Part shown: in pieces, positions 63,116 through 64,000 of the stretch
How the letters are laid out: the number at the start of each line of letters is the position of its first letter
Numbering within the stretch: position 1 is the first letter of the stretch
Assembly (NCBI GenBank): GCA_030141605.1
Contig: JAQGDQ010000417.1
Location: 62,001-126,000 of the forward strand
Origin: Tubiluchus corallicola
Taxonomy: Eukaryota; Animalia; Priapulida
Length of the DNA: 64,000 bases
Reading direction: 5' to 3'
Made by a program: the position numbers and the translations under genes
The notes under the pieces: generated by a model
Told to the model about the DNA's origin: nothing
Database searches by the model: none
What the model saw: the letters and a program-made list of their open reading frames with translations, nothing else

Positions 63116-63371
63116 CAGGGATGAGAATAACAAATTGCAAAAAACTCTGAAACAGGCCGGGGGTTTGGGTGCCGAGTAGGCAGCAACAAATTGCAATTTT
63201 GTGACCATAGAGACCTCTAAGTGGACTTAAAATAACTAACGGTCAGCTTGTGAAATAATGTACTGGGTCCATAAAAATTTTCTCAACGAATTTACGCGAT
63301 TTACAAAAATAGCACTACTGGTCTTCCAAAAACTAGGAATTCCGCGTATCCGCGGAAAATTCTCATCCCTG
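63116..63371. mobile_element. CAGGGATGAGAAT MITE, copy 4 (internally deleted)
   Basis: Both TIRs present; flanks CTAAAC/CTAAGC. Confidence 0.85.
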
Positions 63372-63420
63372 CTAAGCGCATGTTTCCACTGCAAACCAAT
63401 GTGTATGAAAGGAGCCTTAC

Positions 63421-63582
63421 CCGTGTGAGCGGAGTCATATACGAACTGTGTTCGCTAACGTCTTCAATCATCAGTTCACGTCTGAGTTCTGAATCGCTGC
63501 CAGCTAGCAGCTGATAGAAGATGTGAAAGTTCGGCTCGCCTTCCGGCCGACGTACCACCCTGGATTTCTCAAACATGAAGAC
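63421..63582 (-). CDS. MYO18: Myosin XVIII (MYO18A-like) exon, motor domain; first exon visible in window (upstream exons beyond 64000)
   Basis: CAG acceptor/GTAAG donor, 162 nt, phase 0-0; [28 protein letters not shown] matches the myosin motor LEKSRV..NFHIFY motif. Confidence 0.95.
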
Positions 63583-63795
63583 CTGAATAAGAGAATACCA
63601 AAAAAAAAATCAATAAAATTATAAGACCAACAGCACCATTGAAGCTGCACTTTCAAAGACACTAAGAAAGAGTTATTACAGCTGCAACAAGGGGGCTCTA
63701 CAATGGACAATCTAAAGTTCATAGAACTATAAAGATTTAAGTTATAAATATACCATAGTTACAAACGTGAACCAATAGATACATATAAACACAAA

Positions 63796-64000
63796 CCCTT
63801 ATAGGGTCACGGGGGGAGGTAAAAAATTACCCCCAGACTGGTTTTTTTGCATTTTACCCTTTTACCATACGCATCCCAGTAAACCTTTTCTATGACTTTT
63901 TCTAAATATGTCTTGTGTACATTGTCTCACCACGAAATAAAAGTGAAAATGCAATATGTCGATTTTTTTAAAATTGTCGAAACTGTACTTCGCTTGTCTA
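63796..64000. mobile_element. piggyBac-like MITE, same family as 42363-42935, cut by the window end
   Basis: CCCTTATAGGGTCAC start and internal homology to 42363-42580. Confidence 0.78.

Overview
AT-rich animal (invertebrate-like; the 5S-derived sequence resembles mollusc/annelid-type 5S) genomic DNA, not prokaryotic. The window is dominated by the 3' part of a minus-strand class XVIII myosin gene (MYO18A-like). I assembled 28 GT-AG exons by hand (63582 down to the stop at 5745). They are phase-consistent and give 4266 nt, i.e. 1421 aa plus stop, covering the C-terminal motor domain, IQ motif, long coiled coil and a Ser/acidic tail ending ...DESAC. The 5' exons lie beyond 64000. A 3' UTR of about 2.7 kb probably ends at a poly(A) signal near 3076. 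The introns contain many non-autonomous DNA transposons (hAT-, piggyBac-, Kolobok-, PIF/Harbinger-, Tc1/pogo- and P-like MITEs), a 5S-rRNA-derived SINE3, a tRNA-derived Meta-type SINE, RTE-like LINE fragments and many minisatellites, several of which appear to have grown out of MITE ends. The most interesting signal is a candidate two-exon antisense gene nested in a myosin intron (27717-27772 + 28827-29037). It encodes an 88-aa disordered microprotein with a PP2A-B56-type LxxIxE docking motif. All family assignments are from recalled knowledge; no searches were run.
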